The notes: generated by a model not told the origin, from the letters alone. Counted from the stretch's first letter, positions 19,089 through 28,542 are shown. The stretch: 64,000 nt of DNA from Candidatus Poseidoniia archaeon (GCA_030754655.1 JASLZX010000004.1:30095-94094); one strand, 5' to 3'. Made by a program: numbers and translations.

Positions 19089-19266
19089 GTCCTTCTAGGG
19101 CGCCGGGGGCTTAAGCGGACTCAGCCGCCGCCGCGCTGCTCGCGAGCGCGGCGCAGTTCGGCGAGCAGGCGCTGGTCACCGCCGGGAGCCGCAGGTGGCC
19201 TAGCGAGGACGCGGTTGCGGAGCCGTCGCTGCCGGACGGGTTTCTCGAGTACCGCTACGAGCCGGC

Positions 19267-20616
19267 CTAGAGCAGGCTGGTCGAGACGTAGTACCAGGTG
19301 AGGTAGAGCCCGACAATCACCATTACCGCTCCGCCCACTATCTGAATCTGGTGGGTCGAGGCGCGCAGCTTGTTGACGATGGTATCTTCCGATGAAGCGA
19401 CTAGCAGTGTGAAGGCGACCATTAGCAGCCCGGTCGTGACTGCGAAGAGCAGGAAGACCACCAGCCCCGTGACAATGCCCCGCTCCAGCGAGGAGAGAAG
19501 CAGACCCAGCACAATCGGCGCCATGCAACCCGAGGCGGCTGAGCCGTAGCCGACGCCGTACCAGAAGAGCCCCACCATCCCGTCCTGCCGGTTCTGCGCG
19601 AAGCTGAAGTCGCTCCCCGTCGCGCGCTGGATGCCCTTCTCGGCCAGCGCGGTTGGGCGCCCCTGCGTGAATTCGCCAATGGCTGATCCCAGCGCGGCTA
19701 CTCCCTGCCGTAGCGGTTGCAGCATCGGCTCTAGGCTGTAGTCAAGCAGCATAGAAACCCCAAGGGCGAAGATGATCAGCCCGACCAGCAGCTCCAGCAG
19801 CGGCAGTATTCCACCCAGCAGGCTGACGAACGGCACCAGCAGGATGCCGATGAGCAGCAGAACCCCTGTCACCCCGCTCGCGGCAGCCAGCCCCGCCGGC
19901 AAAGCCTCGCGCGCGGTGCGCTCGTCGAGCGTTCCGGAAGTGCGTTTCTTGGTCGAAAGGTAATAGGTCATGTAGCCCGGCAGTAGCGGGAAAGAGCAGG
20001 GAGAGAAGAAGACCGCCACTCCGGCACCGATGGCAAAGAGGAAAATCGAGGTTTCCTTTACCTTCACCAGACCCCCCTGCCCTGGTGTCAGTGCCTTGTC
20101 CACCTCGAGTTCCAGCTCCTCCAAACTGATGGGGCCGAGGTGCGAGTAGGTGAGTTGCCCCTCCTTGTCAATGATGAATATTTTGGGTGTCGCTTTTACC
20201 TGATATGAAAATTCAATGTCCTCGCCACCCAGCGCGTGGCGCCAGCCATACTCATTGGCATGCTCCCGCAGTGAACTTAACGAGTCCTCGCCGAAGACCG
20301 AGAGTGACAGGATGGCGACGTCGTCCGGCTTGTCCTGCGAGTAGGGTTTCAGCGCATCCTTGACCAATTTCTTGCACGGCTCGCAGGTGGAGTACATGAA
20401 CTCCAGGATGACCACCTGCTCACCCTCGTAGTCGGAAAGCGAAAACTGGTCGCCATCGGTATCGGTGAGCGTGAAGTCAGGCGCATCGGACTGGCCACCT
20501 ATAGAGGACCAGAGCAGCACCGCCAGCACCAGCATTACCGCGACCCCGACGGTCACGAGCACGCGATTCTGGTTCACGCGTTCTACGAGTACGTCCCAGT
20601 TAGTTTTCTGCGCCAT
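19267..20616 (-). CDS. Fusion of an extracytoplasmic TlpA/ResA-like thioredoxin domain (CEPC) with a CcdA/DsbD-type transmembrane electron-transfer domain
   Basis: An N-terminal signal anchor is followed by a thioredoxin fold (STCEPC...ATPKIFII). The C-terminal half has six or more TM helices with the CcdA signature FFSPCSFPLLPGY and a second conserved Cys (SASGCMAP). Confidence 0.8.
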   Translation of the reverse strand: MAQKTNWDVLVERVNQNRVLVTVGVAVMLVLAVLLWSSIGGQSDAPDFTLTDTDGDQFSLSDYEGEQVVILEFMYSTCEPCKKLVKDALKPYSQDKPDDVAILSLSVFGEDSLSSLREHANEYGWRHALGGEDIEFSYQVKATPKIFIIDKEGQLTYSHLGPISLEELELEVDKALTPGQGGLVKVKETSIFLFAIGAGVAVFFSPCSFPLLPGYMTYYLSTKKRTSGTLDERTAREALPAGLAAASGVTGVLLLIGILLVPFVSLLGGILPLLELLVGLIIFALGVSMLLDYSLEPMLQPLRQGVAALGSAIGEFTQGRPTALAEKGIQRATGSDFSFAQNRQDGMVGLFWYGVGYGSAASGCMAPIVLGLLLSSLERGIVTGLVVFLLFAVTTGLLMVAFTLLVASSEDTIVNKLRASTHQIQIVGGAVMVIVGLYLTWYYVSTSLL

Positions 20617-20625
20617 GCCCAGTCC

Positions 20626-21957
20626 CTAAACGCGGCGCCGCAGAGAAATTCCTGTCAGTGCAAGGAGCGCCAGCGCGATGCCAGGCCCTGGAAGTGCTTC
20701 CTCGGCGTCGTCGCCGCCACCGGTGCCTTCGACCTGCCGCGCGTCGGTAGCAGCGAAACCGCCCTTGCCATCAACTAGCAGGATGCGGTACCAGACCGGG
20801 TCACCCGCGGCAAATTCGACTACCGCAGTCCCATGGTCGCCCTCCAGCGCCATCGGGGCGACGCCCCACTTTCCGTCGTCGTAGGTTCCGTTCCGGAAGT
20901 TGTAGATTACGTAGGCCGAGCCAATACCGTCCTCATCAGCCAGAGTGGCGCTGATGACCGCCTGGCTGCCTTCGAGCCGGTCATCGTATTCCGTCACGGT
21001 TGGTGGCTCGTTCTGTTCATCATACGCAGTCGAGCGTGGCGTTGCCGAGTTGATGGCACGAGGTGTGTCAGCAGCATTACTGGTCTTGCTAGAGTGCCGT
21101 GAGTTATCATTCAGGTCGTAAACAACTGCCACTACCTCGGTCTTGGCGGGATTGATAGGCGTCGGGATGGGATGTGCCCCCTCCTGCGGGTTTCCGTCCC
21201 TGTCCTCATGGCCATCAACGTAGTCAATTATGTCCGGAATGACCCATTCCACCTCGGTTGACCATTCCTCTCCCGGCTGCATCGTTCCGGGGCGTTCGTC
21301 GTGCAACGCGGTCTCGCGGTGGGTATTGTGCTGCATTACCTCCTTGCCCTCCTCCGAGCTCCACGCCATGATGTCATCCTCGACTACGAATAGGTAGACT
21401 GCCGGTTCAAGCTCGTCCGGGTCGATGAACGGATCGTGGAGACCGCCATCGCCGAGGTAGGTGAGGTTGACGCGGAAGACAAAGCGGTCCTCGCGGAATT
21501 CCTGCCACACCCGCAGCTCGGTAGGCTTGACCTCTCTCTCACCGCTGTCGGTGTAGTGGTCCAGGTAGGTTTCGTAAGTTCCGTCGCCGCCGCCTAGCTC
21601 CTCGATATAGCCGCCGTCGAACTGTGCGTCGGGAGTGCCCTGCACTACGTAGTGCTCGTAGCGCTGCTTGGCTTCCTTGCTCGCGAACTCGTCATCTGCG
21701 TAAGCACCATTGCGCTGGTGGAACGACACGTACGTCCATGGCACCTCTGGCTCGTCACGGTAGTCAGTCCAGAGCCTCCCCACGTCAGGGTCAATCGACA
21801 TGCAGGGGGGGCACCCCAGGCTGGTGAAGTGCTCCATGACGGGGCGATGGGTCCACCCGGCCGGAACGGTTTCCTGCGGTTCCGCAACGGGCGCCGCAAC
21901 CGACGGCAGTGTCAGCAACAACCCGAACAGAAGTGTCAGCACCAGCTTTGCATACAC
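20626..21957 (-). CDS. Secreted thioredoxin-fold CxxC (CPPC) protein with a long acidic extension and a C-terminal membrane anchor (PGF-CTERM-like LPGPGIALALLALTGISLRRRV)
   Basis: A signal peptide is followed by GWTHRPVMEHFTSLGCPPCMS and a cis-Pro loop QGTPDAQFDG, a DsbA/Trx-like architecture. It is paralogous to the next gene. Confidence 0.6.
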   Translation of the reverse strand: MYAKLVLTLLFGLLLTLPSVAAPVAEPQETVPAGWTHRPVMEHFTSLGCPPCMSIDPDVGRLWTDYRDEPEVPWTYVSFHQRNGAYADDEFASKEAKQRYEHYVVQGTPDAQFDGGYIEELGGGDGTYETYLDHYTDSGEREVKPTELRVWQEFREDRFVFRVNLTYLGDGGLHDPFIDPDELEPAVYLFVVEDDIMAWSSEEGKEVMQHNTHRETALHDERPGTMQPGEEWSTEVEWVIPDIIDYVDGHEDRDGNPQEGAHPIPTPINPAKTEVVAVVYDLNDNSRHSSKTSNAADTPRAINSATPRSTAYDEQNEPPTVTEYDDRLEGSQAVISATLADEDGIGSAYVIYNFRNGTYDDGKWGVAPMALEGDHGTAVVEFAAGDPVWYRILLVDGKGGFAATDARQVEGTGGGDDAEEALPGPGIALALLALTGISLRRRV

Positions 21958-21989
21958 TTTTCAGCATGTGGTTGGGGGCTATTTGACGC

Positions 21990-23441
21990 TTACGCAGGGC
22001 GTCGCGCCCAGACTACGAACAGTGTACCGCCGAGAAGCCCACCCGTCGCCGCGCCACTTATCAGTAGCCACGGCAGCGCCCCATCAGTAACAACTGGGCG
22101 CCCCCCTCCGTCGCTGCCGACAAACATCTGCACATCCGATCTCCCGGAAGTGCCGTTACCATCGACGTAGAGCACCTGGTAGTAGATATTGTCATCACTC
22201 TGGTAGGGGAGGGTCGCAGTGCCGGTCGCGTCAGCGTAGGCGTAGCAGACGCCGTCATCGTCGCACACCTCCTCGCCCTCAATCTTGAGCTCGGCTACCT
22301 GCCACTCGCCAGTGTAGTCTTGGCTATCATAGTTGTAGACCGCGAACGAGGTGCCGATGCCCTCCTCGGCCTCGAACTCCACCTCGAGTTGTGCGCCAGC
22401 TTCGGTGAAGAGTTCGCGCTGCCGGTCAATCTCGGGCACGTCGCGCTCAGGATTATCGTAAATAGTGCTCTGCGGCGACGCCGACTGGATTGAGCGCGGG
22501 GTAGGGTAGGTGTCGTCGCTCGGATCGTCGTTCTTGCCGCCCGACTCGGTGTCATCCCGGTCAAAGACCGCTGCAATCGGGGTAATCCGGCCGGGGTTGA
22601 TGGGAATCTTGATGGGTCCCTCGACGCCATCGGCGTCAACTTGCGTTGTCGGCACCTTCCAGACAGCTTCGTAGGTGGCTGCCTCATCCTTCTGCAGGGT
22701 GAATTCCTCACCCTCAATGGCATATCCGCGGAACACTCGCATGTTAACCCAGTCCTGCTCCAGGTACGAGGACCAGGCAGTAACATCATCTTCAACCATG
22801 AAGACATAGAGCGTACCGTCCAGATTAGTGTCCTCGAGCCCTGCCTGCTGCTCCCACGACTCCGGTCCAGCCAGGCCGTGGTAGGTCATGTCGACTCTGA
22901 CTTTGAATGTCCCGACTTCGCCCTCGGTCGAGCTGCCTATGAACTCGCTGTAGATGTCCAAATCGACCATCTTGAAATCTTCGCCGTCGTCACCGTCACG
23001 GGGCCCGGAGTCCTCCAGTTCGGCCTTGTAGTCGTCGTAATTGCTTTCGCTGCCGCCGCCCTCGTAACGGTAGTTGCCGTCGAACTGCGCGTTTGGAGTC
23101 CCAGTCTGCCCGTAGTGGTCACGCATACGTGCATTGGAGTCCTCAGTGTGGAACGGGTCGTCGCCGGCACCACCGTTAGGTTGGTGGAAGTAGACGATGT
23201 GGTATGGCACCGAAGAATCACCCTCGATGTCATGCAGCACCTCGTCCATGGCGGGGTCGGCATAGGACATGCAGAAGACGCAGCTGAGGCTGGTAAAGAG
23301 CTCGACCAGCGGCCGGTGGGTCCAGCCGTTGGGATACTCGCGATCCGCACTAACTGTAGCCACAGTATCAGGTGTTGCAGTAGTCACGGCGGGCACTGCC
23401 ATGAGCAGCAGCGCCAGCAACAGGATGGAAAAGCTGCGCAT
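21990..23441 (-). CDS. Secreted thioredoxin-fold CxxC (CVFC) protein, paralogue of 20626..21957, with a C-terminal hydrophobic anchor
   Basis: It has the same N-terminal block (GWTHRPLVELFTSLSCVFCMS ... TGTPNAQFDG). A TTAAATA TATA-like box lies about 30 nt upstream of its ATG. Confidence 0.6.
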   Translation of the reverse strand: MRSFSILLLALLLMAVPAVTTATPDTVATVSADREYPNGWTHRPLVELFTSLSCVFCMSYADPAMDEVLHDIEGDSSVPYHIVYFHQPNGGAGDDPFHTEDSNARMRDHYGQTGTPNAQFDGNYRYEGGGSESNYDDYKAELEDSGPRDGDDGEDFKMVDLDIYSEFIGSSTEGEVGTFKVRVDMTYHGLAGPESWEQQAGLEDTNLDGTLYVFMVEDDVTAWSSYLEQDWVNMRVFRGYAIEGEEFTLQKDEAATYEAVWKVPTTQVDADGVEGPIKIPINPGRITPIAAVFDRDDTESGGKNDDPSDDTYPTPRSIQSASPQSTIYDNPERDVPEIDRQRELFTEAGAQLEVEFEAEEGIGTSFAVYNYDSQDYTGEWQVAELKIEGEEVCDDDGVCYAYADATGTATLPYQSDDNIYYQVLYVDGNGTSGRSDVQMFVGSDGGGRPVVTDGALPWLLISGAATGGLLGGTLFVVWARRPA

Positions 23442-23648
23442 AATGCACCAAGCTCGGCGTAGCGTATCGGCTATTTAAGTTTCGTTCCAGAGCTGCGCCA
23501 GCCGCGTGCAGAGCCGCTGTAGGAATACCACCTCGCCCTGCGAGAAAGGGTCGCGCGTGTGCGAGTCGATATCGAGCTGCGCGACGAACTCGCCGTCGGC
23601 ATGAATTGGAATGACAATTTCCGACTGCACCCCCAGCCTAGCTGGGGC

Positions 23649-24167
23649 TTAAGCCGCTTCGTAGAAGATTTCGATTGAGATGTAGGGGCCAAGTTCCTGC
23701 GTTTCCCACGCCTGTGTTTCGACTCCATCCACAGTCATCCGCAATGTGTGGGTCTCATCCACTGCATGGTCGAGCACCTGTTCGCTCGAGAAAGGCTGCT
23801 CCCAGATGGCGAAGAAGTCTTCCAGAGTTACCGTCGTGTTAGCGACGGTTTCGACGTGAATCTGCCCTGAATTATCGTATGTATGGACAGGATGGATGAA
23901 CAGGACGCTGCCATCGTCGTTGTATTCGAAGCCGACATTAGCCGGCACTTCCGCCCGCTCGCCATCGATTGTGATGTTGAGCCAGAAGTGGTAATGGTAA
24001 TCGCTCACGATACCTTGTAGAGCATAGATACAGATGGCCGACTTGAGCAGGTCGCCGTAATCCTGCTCCTGCGGTTCCGGCTCAGGCAGGCTGAGCCAGT
24101 AGATTCCGCTCAGCACGGAAATAGTCATGAGGCTGAGGGCAAGCCCCGTCACCAGCTCCTGCCGCAT
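23649..24167 (-). CDS. Hypothetical His-rich exported protein with an N-terminal signal anchor
   Basis: 172 aa with His clusters DYHYHFW and FIHPVHTYDNSGQIHVE. It lies inside the redox/copper cluster. Confidence 0.45.
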   Translation of the reverse strand: MRQELVTGLALSLMTISVLSGIYWLSLPEPEPQEQDYGDLLKSAICIYALQGIVSDYHYHFWLNITIDGERAEVPANVGFEYNDDGSVLFIHPVHTYDNSGQIHVETVANTTVTLEDFFAIWEQPFSSEQVLDHAVDETHTLRMTVDGVETQAWETQELGPYISIEIFYEAA

Positions 24168-24763
24168 CAGCTCTTCGGTTGGCCCTGCAGCACCAGATAG
24201 CCTAGGAGAGTGGCACCGACTGCCGACAACCCTGCGACCGCCAGCAGCCAGCTGGGTCGCCCCTCCTCTTCAGGAGTGGATTCTTCTGGCGGCGGCTGCT
24301 GGAAGCCAGCAGCTATGTGGCCAGCCCCCACGTCGGGATTGACCACGATCGTGGCGTTGAGAATCCCGCCGTCGGAGAGCAGGTCCTGGTAGTAATAGGT
24401 CCCGGTCCCGAAGGTGGAGTTGAAGCTTACCCGGAACGAGGTCTGGCACTCTTCGTCCAGCTTGGTACCATTTTCATCACTCTCGCACTCGTTCTGCAAG
24501 GTGCCGGAGTCCCAGTCGTAGGTGCCATTGTAGAGTCCGTCACCGTCACCATCGTAGACAATCCGGTGGGTGAGGTTGTCGTCTTCGCCGACATCTATCC
24601 AGAGTGCCGTGTCGTTGTACTGGAAACTGGCGGTTTCTGGGACTATTCCGTCATCCCTCACAATGATACTGAAAGTTCCCGCATCATGTGCCTCTGCCGA
24701 TGGGAGTACCAGTGCCAGCACCAGTACGAGCAAGACGACAATGGCAATCCTCACCTGACTCAT
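24167..24763 (-). CDS. Hypothetical secreted protein whose predicted mature N-terminus is His (AEA|HDAG), with a C-terminal TM anchor
   Basis: Signal peptide MSQVRIAIVVLLVLVLALVLPSAEA, an acidic Cys-containing domain and a C-terminal hydrophobic segment. It overlaps the upstream gene in ATGA fashion. Confidence 0.5.
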   Translation of the reverse strand: MSQVRIAIVVLLVLVLALVLPSAEAHDAGTFSIIVRDDGIVPETASFQYNDTALWIDVGEDDNLTHRIVYDGDGDGLYNGTYDWDSGTLQNECESDENGTKLDEECQTSFRVSFNSTFGTGTYYYQDLLSDGGILNATIVVNPDVGAGHIAAGFQQPPPEESTPEEEGRPSWLLAVAGLSAVGATLLGYLVLQGQPKS

Positions 24764-24818
24764 CGGCGAGGCAGCAGGGGGTGGTATAAATTAGCGCCTG
24801 AATGAGGATAAATCCCAG

Positions 24819-25571
24819 TTATCCAGACCCTAGCATTAATGCCACATCGTGGTGGAGATCGCGGTAAGTCCAGTCGAGTCCCGGCCACGCCACCCGCAGC
24901 CGCCCCTGTTGGTCGATGATGTAGAGGATAGTCGAGTGGTTGACGCCGTAGTCGTCGTCTCCTTCATCATCAGTTTCATTATCCCCATTGTCTCCAGTTT
25001 CATTATCGCCGTTTTCGTCGTGCTCATGTTCCTCAGTTTCATTACCCCCATTGTCTCCAGTTTCATTATCACCGTTTTCGTCGTGCTCATGTTCCTCCGC
25101 ACCCACTTTCTCGACATAGATGTCATATGGTGCCCACACCGAATTGTTCATCGCCATTTCCGGCATTCCGGCACTCGAGGTGAGGTGTGGCCAGTTGGCA
25201 TTCTTCATTGTGGTCCAGTGGGCAAGGTGCTCGACGGTATCTCGTGATGGATCGACTGTGACAGAGAGGATTTCCACCCGCTCACCATAATCCGCACCGA
25301 GGGCTTCCTGCAGCTTGCCGAGCTGGTAGGTGACTTGAGGGCAGATGTCAGGGCAGCTGGTGTAGATGAAGGTCATTACCACTATCTTGCCAGTGGTCTC
25401 GTTGAAGCTGAAATTGTTGCCATACTGGTCAACCAGCGTGAAGTCGGCCGCCGCCTCCCCAGGTAGTTCGACGCCCCAAAAATTTTCCTCTGAAGGCGTA
25501 TCGTGTAGGCAGCCTGTCAGCGTCAGCACCAGCGCTAGCAGCATGGCTCGAAAGCTAGAGTTAGTGTTCAT
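24819..25571 (-). CDS. SCO1/SenC copper chaperone (thioredoxin-like) lipoprotein with an inserted acidic His-rich tandem repeat
   Basis: Lipobox LTLTGC, the SCO1 motif FIYTSCPDICP, and a conserved His downstream. It has a 2 x 21-aa repeat EEHEHDENGDNETGDNG(G/D)NET. The start was trimmed to MNTNSS. Confidence 0.8.
   Translation of the reverse strand: MNTNSSFRAMLLALVLTLTGCLHDTPSEENFWGVELPGEAAADFTLVDQYGNNFSFNETTGKIVVMTFIYTSCPDICPQVTYQLGKLQEALGADYGERVEILSVTVDPSRDTVEHLAHWTTMKNANWPHLTSSAGMPEMAMNNSVWAPYDIYVEKVGAEEHEHDENGDNETGDNGGNETEEHEHDENGDNETGDNGDNETDDEGDDDYGVNHSTILYIIDQQGRLRVAWPGLDWTYRDLHHDVALMLGSG
24972..25097. repeat. 2 x 63-bp near-perfect tandem DNA repeat inside the SCO1 gene
   Basis: The unit agtttcattatccccattgtctccagtttcattatcgccgttttcgtcgtgctcatgttcctc is repeated with 3 mismatches. 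It encodes the acidic His repeat on the minus strand. The antisense ORF 24849..25247 is an artefact of it. Confidence 0.85.
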
Positions 25572-25623
25572 TTGCGGGCCACCGGCCCGAGGTATAAATA
25601 GCCGCCATAAGTCCGCGTGCAAT

Positions 25624-27396
25624 ATGCAACAGGCGGTCCTGCGAGTCTCCGCAATCCTGCTGCTGGTCGTTGCCGTCGCAGCGACTGCAGCCTACCTGTT
25701 GGAGGGCGACGGCGGTCCTAGCGGTGGCACCGGCCCCGCGACGGGGCGCCCCTTCGCCGACGCGCTGCTACAGGATGAGGAACATGACCACCGCAATGCG
25801 TCGGAACACCAACTTTACACCGACAATATCGAGTATGTTGACTTCAACCCCAATTTTGACAACGCCGAAATTCAAGTCGCCGAAGCGCCTGATGGGCGCA
25901 CCTACGCCTACCAGGCAGGCTGGAATGAGATGCGTATCATTGATGTCACGGACCCTTACAATATGAGCGAGGTAGGTAGGTACAGCGATCCAAATACTCA
26001 GGTGCTTGACGTCAAGTACATCGAATTTGACGCACGCGAATACGTGATTATTCAAAACCAGATTATAGACCCCGGCAACGCTGACCCAGACTTTACCACC
26101 TGGAACGATTTCGTACAGGTAGCGGTAACGCTGGTTGATGTCACGAACAAGGCCAACCCAATCTGGGTCGACCACTGGAACGACATTGACCACCCCTCAG
26201 GACCACACAACCTCTACACCCACATGATTGACGGCGAGTGGTATATTTTCGTTGCTAACCCGGATTACACAGCCTGTCAAATTGGGAGTGAGGAAGCATG
26301 TGGTGGTATTACTATTGCGCACTTGAACCTGCAGGGCTCGGCATCACGCTTACTCGACGAGGTCCCTGCCTCTGGCGAGGGGCACACGATTAACAAAGTA
26401 GGCGAGGCCGAAGTGGCATGGTCAACCACCCGTGGCGGCTGGATTTACATCCATGACATGACCGTCCAGAAATGGCCGGGTGAGGACACTAATGACCCAC
26501 GCTATGGTCACACCTACATCTACGGCGCCTACTGGGAAGCGGGACTACGCATCTTTGACCTCGAAACCATTCCTCACCCAGTCAATACACCAGCCCAATA
26601 CATAGCGATGGCAACTACCTGTAAGGCGGGGCTTGGCAATCCAGTCACCTGTCGCTGGCGCGCGCCCGAGGTCGGACAGTGGATGGACTTTGCCGACTTG
26701 GACCATGACGGGCAGCCCGACTCCAGCACGACCGGTAACGTCAACGGCGGCCGCGCCTCCTACATCCACTACGTTGAGCCCTTCCCGGTACTGGTCGACG
26801 GCAGCCACCTGGGTCTCGGCAGCGAGCTGCGCCACGTCACTTTCTGCGCGACCGAGGTCCTAGAGACATCTGTCGGCACCGGGCTGACATACATTCTTGA
26901 TACCACAGAGTACGAGATGGTTAATGGCAACCTGCGCTTCAAGCCGCAGCTGCTCAGCTACTGGGAGAATCCTTTCGGGGTAGACCACTACATCCCCGGC
27001 GGCGAGGAGTGGCTTATTTTCAGTCCACACAACCTAGACAGCGCGTGGTTTCCCACAACACCTGAGACAGATGCTTCTATGGGCGGTAGCTGGGACGGCC
27101 GGCTCTACATGGGTAACTACCATACTGGTCTCTGGGTACTCGACTTGGAGACGCTGATGGCGCCACCTGTAGAGAACATGACCGACCTACATTTTGCTGC
27201 AACCGTCGGATACTACCTGCCGCACGGCGCCGATGGCCAGACGCTCGATTCCGATTTCTACGACTTCGGCTGGGTGCCGTTCCTTTGGACCGCCGAATAC
27301 CACAAAGGCTACATCTACCTGAGTTGCATCACCAGTGGCCTATACGTTGTGCAACTGGATTTGGATGTGCCGTACACTGGACAGGACTACGGTTAA
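25624..27396 (+). CDS. Secreted beta-propeller protein, LVIVD-repeat-like
   Basis: A signal anchor is followed by recurring beta-hairpin motifs (MRIIDVTDPYNMSEVG, GLRIFDLETIPHP, GLWVLDLETLMAPP, GLYVVQLDLD). The 86 codons upstream of ATG 25624 in the track ORF are spurious. Confidence 0.55.
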   Translation: MQQAVLRVSAILLLVVAVAATAAYLLEGDGGPSGGTGPATGRPFADALLQDEEHDHRNASEHQLYTDNIEYVDFNPNFDNAEIQVAEAPDGRTYAYQAGWNEMRIIDVTDPYNMSEVGRYSDPNTQVLDVKYIEFDAREYVIIQNQIIDPGNADPDFTTWNDFVQVAVTLVDVTNKANPIWVDHWNDIDHPSGPHNLYTHMIDGEWYIFVANPDYTACQIGSEEACGGITIAHLNLQGSASRLLDEVPASGEGHTINKVGEAEVAWSTTRGGWIYIHDMTVQKWPGEDTNDPRYGHTYIYGAYWEAGLRIFDLETIPHPVNTPAQYIAMATTCKAGLGNPVTCRWRAPEVGQWMDFADLDHDGQPDSSTTGNVNGGRASYIHYVEPFPVLVDGSHLGLGSELRHVTFCATEVLETSVGTGLTYILDTTEYEMVNGNLRFKPQLLSYWENPFGVDHYIPGGEEWLIFSPHNLDSAWFPTTPETDASMGGSWDGRLYMGNYHTGLWVLDLETLMAPPVENMTDLHFAATVGYYLPHGADGQTLDSDFYDFGWVPFLWTAEYHKGYIYLSCITSGLYVVQLDLDVPYTGQDYG

Positions 27397-27872
27397 TCCC
27401 GCTTCACTGAGATAATCTGTTGCGACTGTGCCGGGCGGTCCCCCCCGCCGGTCTTACAAGCCTCTATTTTGCGCACAATCCCCATCCCTGAAGTCACCTC
27501 ACCAAAGATAGCGTGCTTGCCGTCGAGCCAGGGGGTTGCAACCGTAGTGAGGAAGAACTGGCTGCCGCCCGTATTGGGGCCGGCGTTGGCCATGCTCAGC
27601 AGCCCGGGGCGGTCGTGCTTCAGCTGTGTATGGAACTCGTCCTTGATTTGCCAGCCAGGGCCGCCGGTCCCGGCGCGTGGGCTGCGCGGGTCTTTCGAGT
27701 GGGGGCAGCCCGCCTGTAGCATGAAGTCACGAATAACGCGGTGGAAATGGAGGCCGTTGTAGAACCCCTTGTCGACCAGCTTCAGGAAGTTGGCCGTGGT
27801 CTGCGGGGCGCGGTTAACGTAAAGCTTCAGCGAGATGTCGCCGGCGCTGGTGCGCATCGTGAGGGTGGTCAT
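27393..27872 (-). CDS. Peptidyl-prolyl cis-trans isomerase, cyclophilin type
   Basis: FHRVIRDFMLQAGCP, SMANAGPNTGGSQFF and WLDGKHAIFGEV are canonical cyclophilin motifs. The start was trimmed to MTTLTMRT. Confidence 0.9.
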   Translation of the reverse strand: MTTLTMRTSAGDISLKLYVNRAPQTTANFLKLVDKGFYNGLHFHRVIRDFMLQAGCPHSKDPRSPRAGTGGPGWQIKDEFHTQLKHDRPGLLSMANAGPNTGGSQFFLTTVATPWLDGKHAIFGEVTSGMGIVRKIEACKTGGGDRPAQSQQIISVKRD

Positions 27873-27939
27873 GCCGCCGCCACCCGGGCGGGCGATAAAG
27901 CGTTGCGGGAAGCTTTTTGAAACCGGGCCTTGCCCGAGC

Positions 27940-28542
27940 GTGGAGGACCCTGTCAGCACCCCCGATTTCTGGGAGGCCTGCTATCACGCCGGCGAAGACC
28001 AGTGGGACCTGGGCCAGCCGACGCCGCTGTTCGAGCGCGTCGCGGCGGAGCTCGAGCCGGGGCGCATATGCCTCATTGGCTGCGGCCGCGGCTGGGACGC
28101 AGTCACCTTCGCGAAGGCGGGCTTCACCGTCACCGCCATCGACTTCGCCGAGCCGGCGGTGCTCGCGGCGCGCCGCAACGCGCTCGCGGCGGGCGCCGAG
28201 GTGACTGTCCTCAAGGAGGATATTTTCGACCTGCCCGGGGAGCTGCACGGACAGTTCGACTACCTGCTGGAATACACCTGCTTCTGCGCCGTCTCGCCGC
28301 TGCGTCGCTTCGAATACGACCGCGTCGCGTGGCAGCTGCTGAAGCCGGGTGGGATGCTCGTCGGCGCGTTCTTCCCGCTCGACAAGCCGCTCGCCGAGGG
28401 CGGTCCGCCATGGGGCGTCACCATCAGCGAGCTGCACGCCCTCTTCTCGCTCCACTGGCAGCTTGACCGCGAGGAAGCCCCCGAAGACTCAATCGAGCCG
28501 CGCCGCGGCCGCGAAGTGCTGCAATACTGGCGGAAGGTCTAG
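27940..28542 (+). CDS. Class I SAM-dependent methyltransferase, thiopurine S-methyltransferase (TPMT)-like
   Basis: FWEACYHAGEDQWDLGQPTP is TPMT-like, with glycine-rich motif I LIGCGRGWDAVTFAKAG. The start is probably the GTG near 27940; the 27835 start in the track would overlap the PPIase gene. Confidence 0.65.
   Translation: MEDPVSTPDFWEACYHAGEDQWDLGQPTPLFERVAAELEPGRICLIGCGRGWDAVTFAKAGFTVTAIDFAEPAVLAARRNALAAGAEVTVLKEDIFDLPGELHGQFDYLLEYTCFCAVSPLRRFEYDRVAWQLLKPGGMLVGAFFPLDKPLAEGGPPWGVTISELHALFSLHWQLDREEAPEDSIEPRRGREVLQYWRKV

Noticed and set aside
23442-23648. Small ORF 23471..23728 in the intergenic region upstream of the Trx-fold paralogue
   Set aside because: It has Lys/Arg/Ser-rich junk composition with no support. 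The region more likely holds the promoter, with a TTAAATA box, for gene 21990..23441.
24849-25247. Plus-strand ORF with FIISFII/VFVVLMFL repeats
   Set aside because: It is the antisense reading of the 63-bp tandem repeat inside SCO1, not an independent gene.
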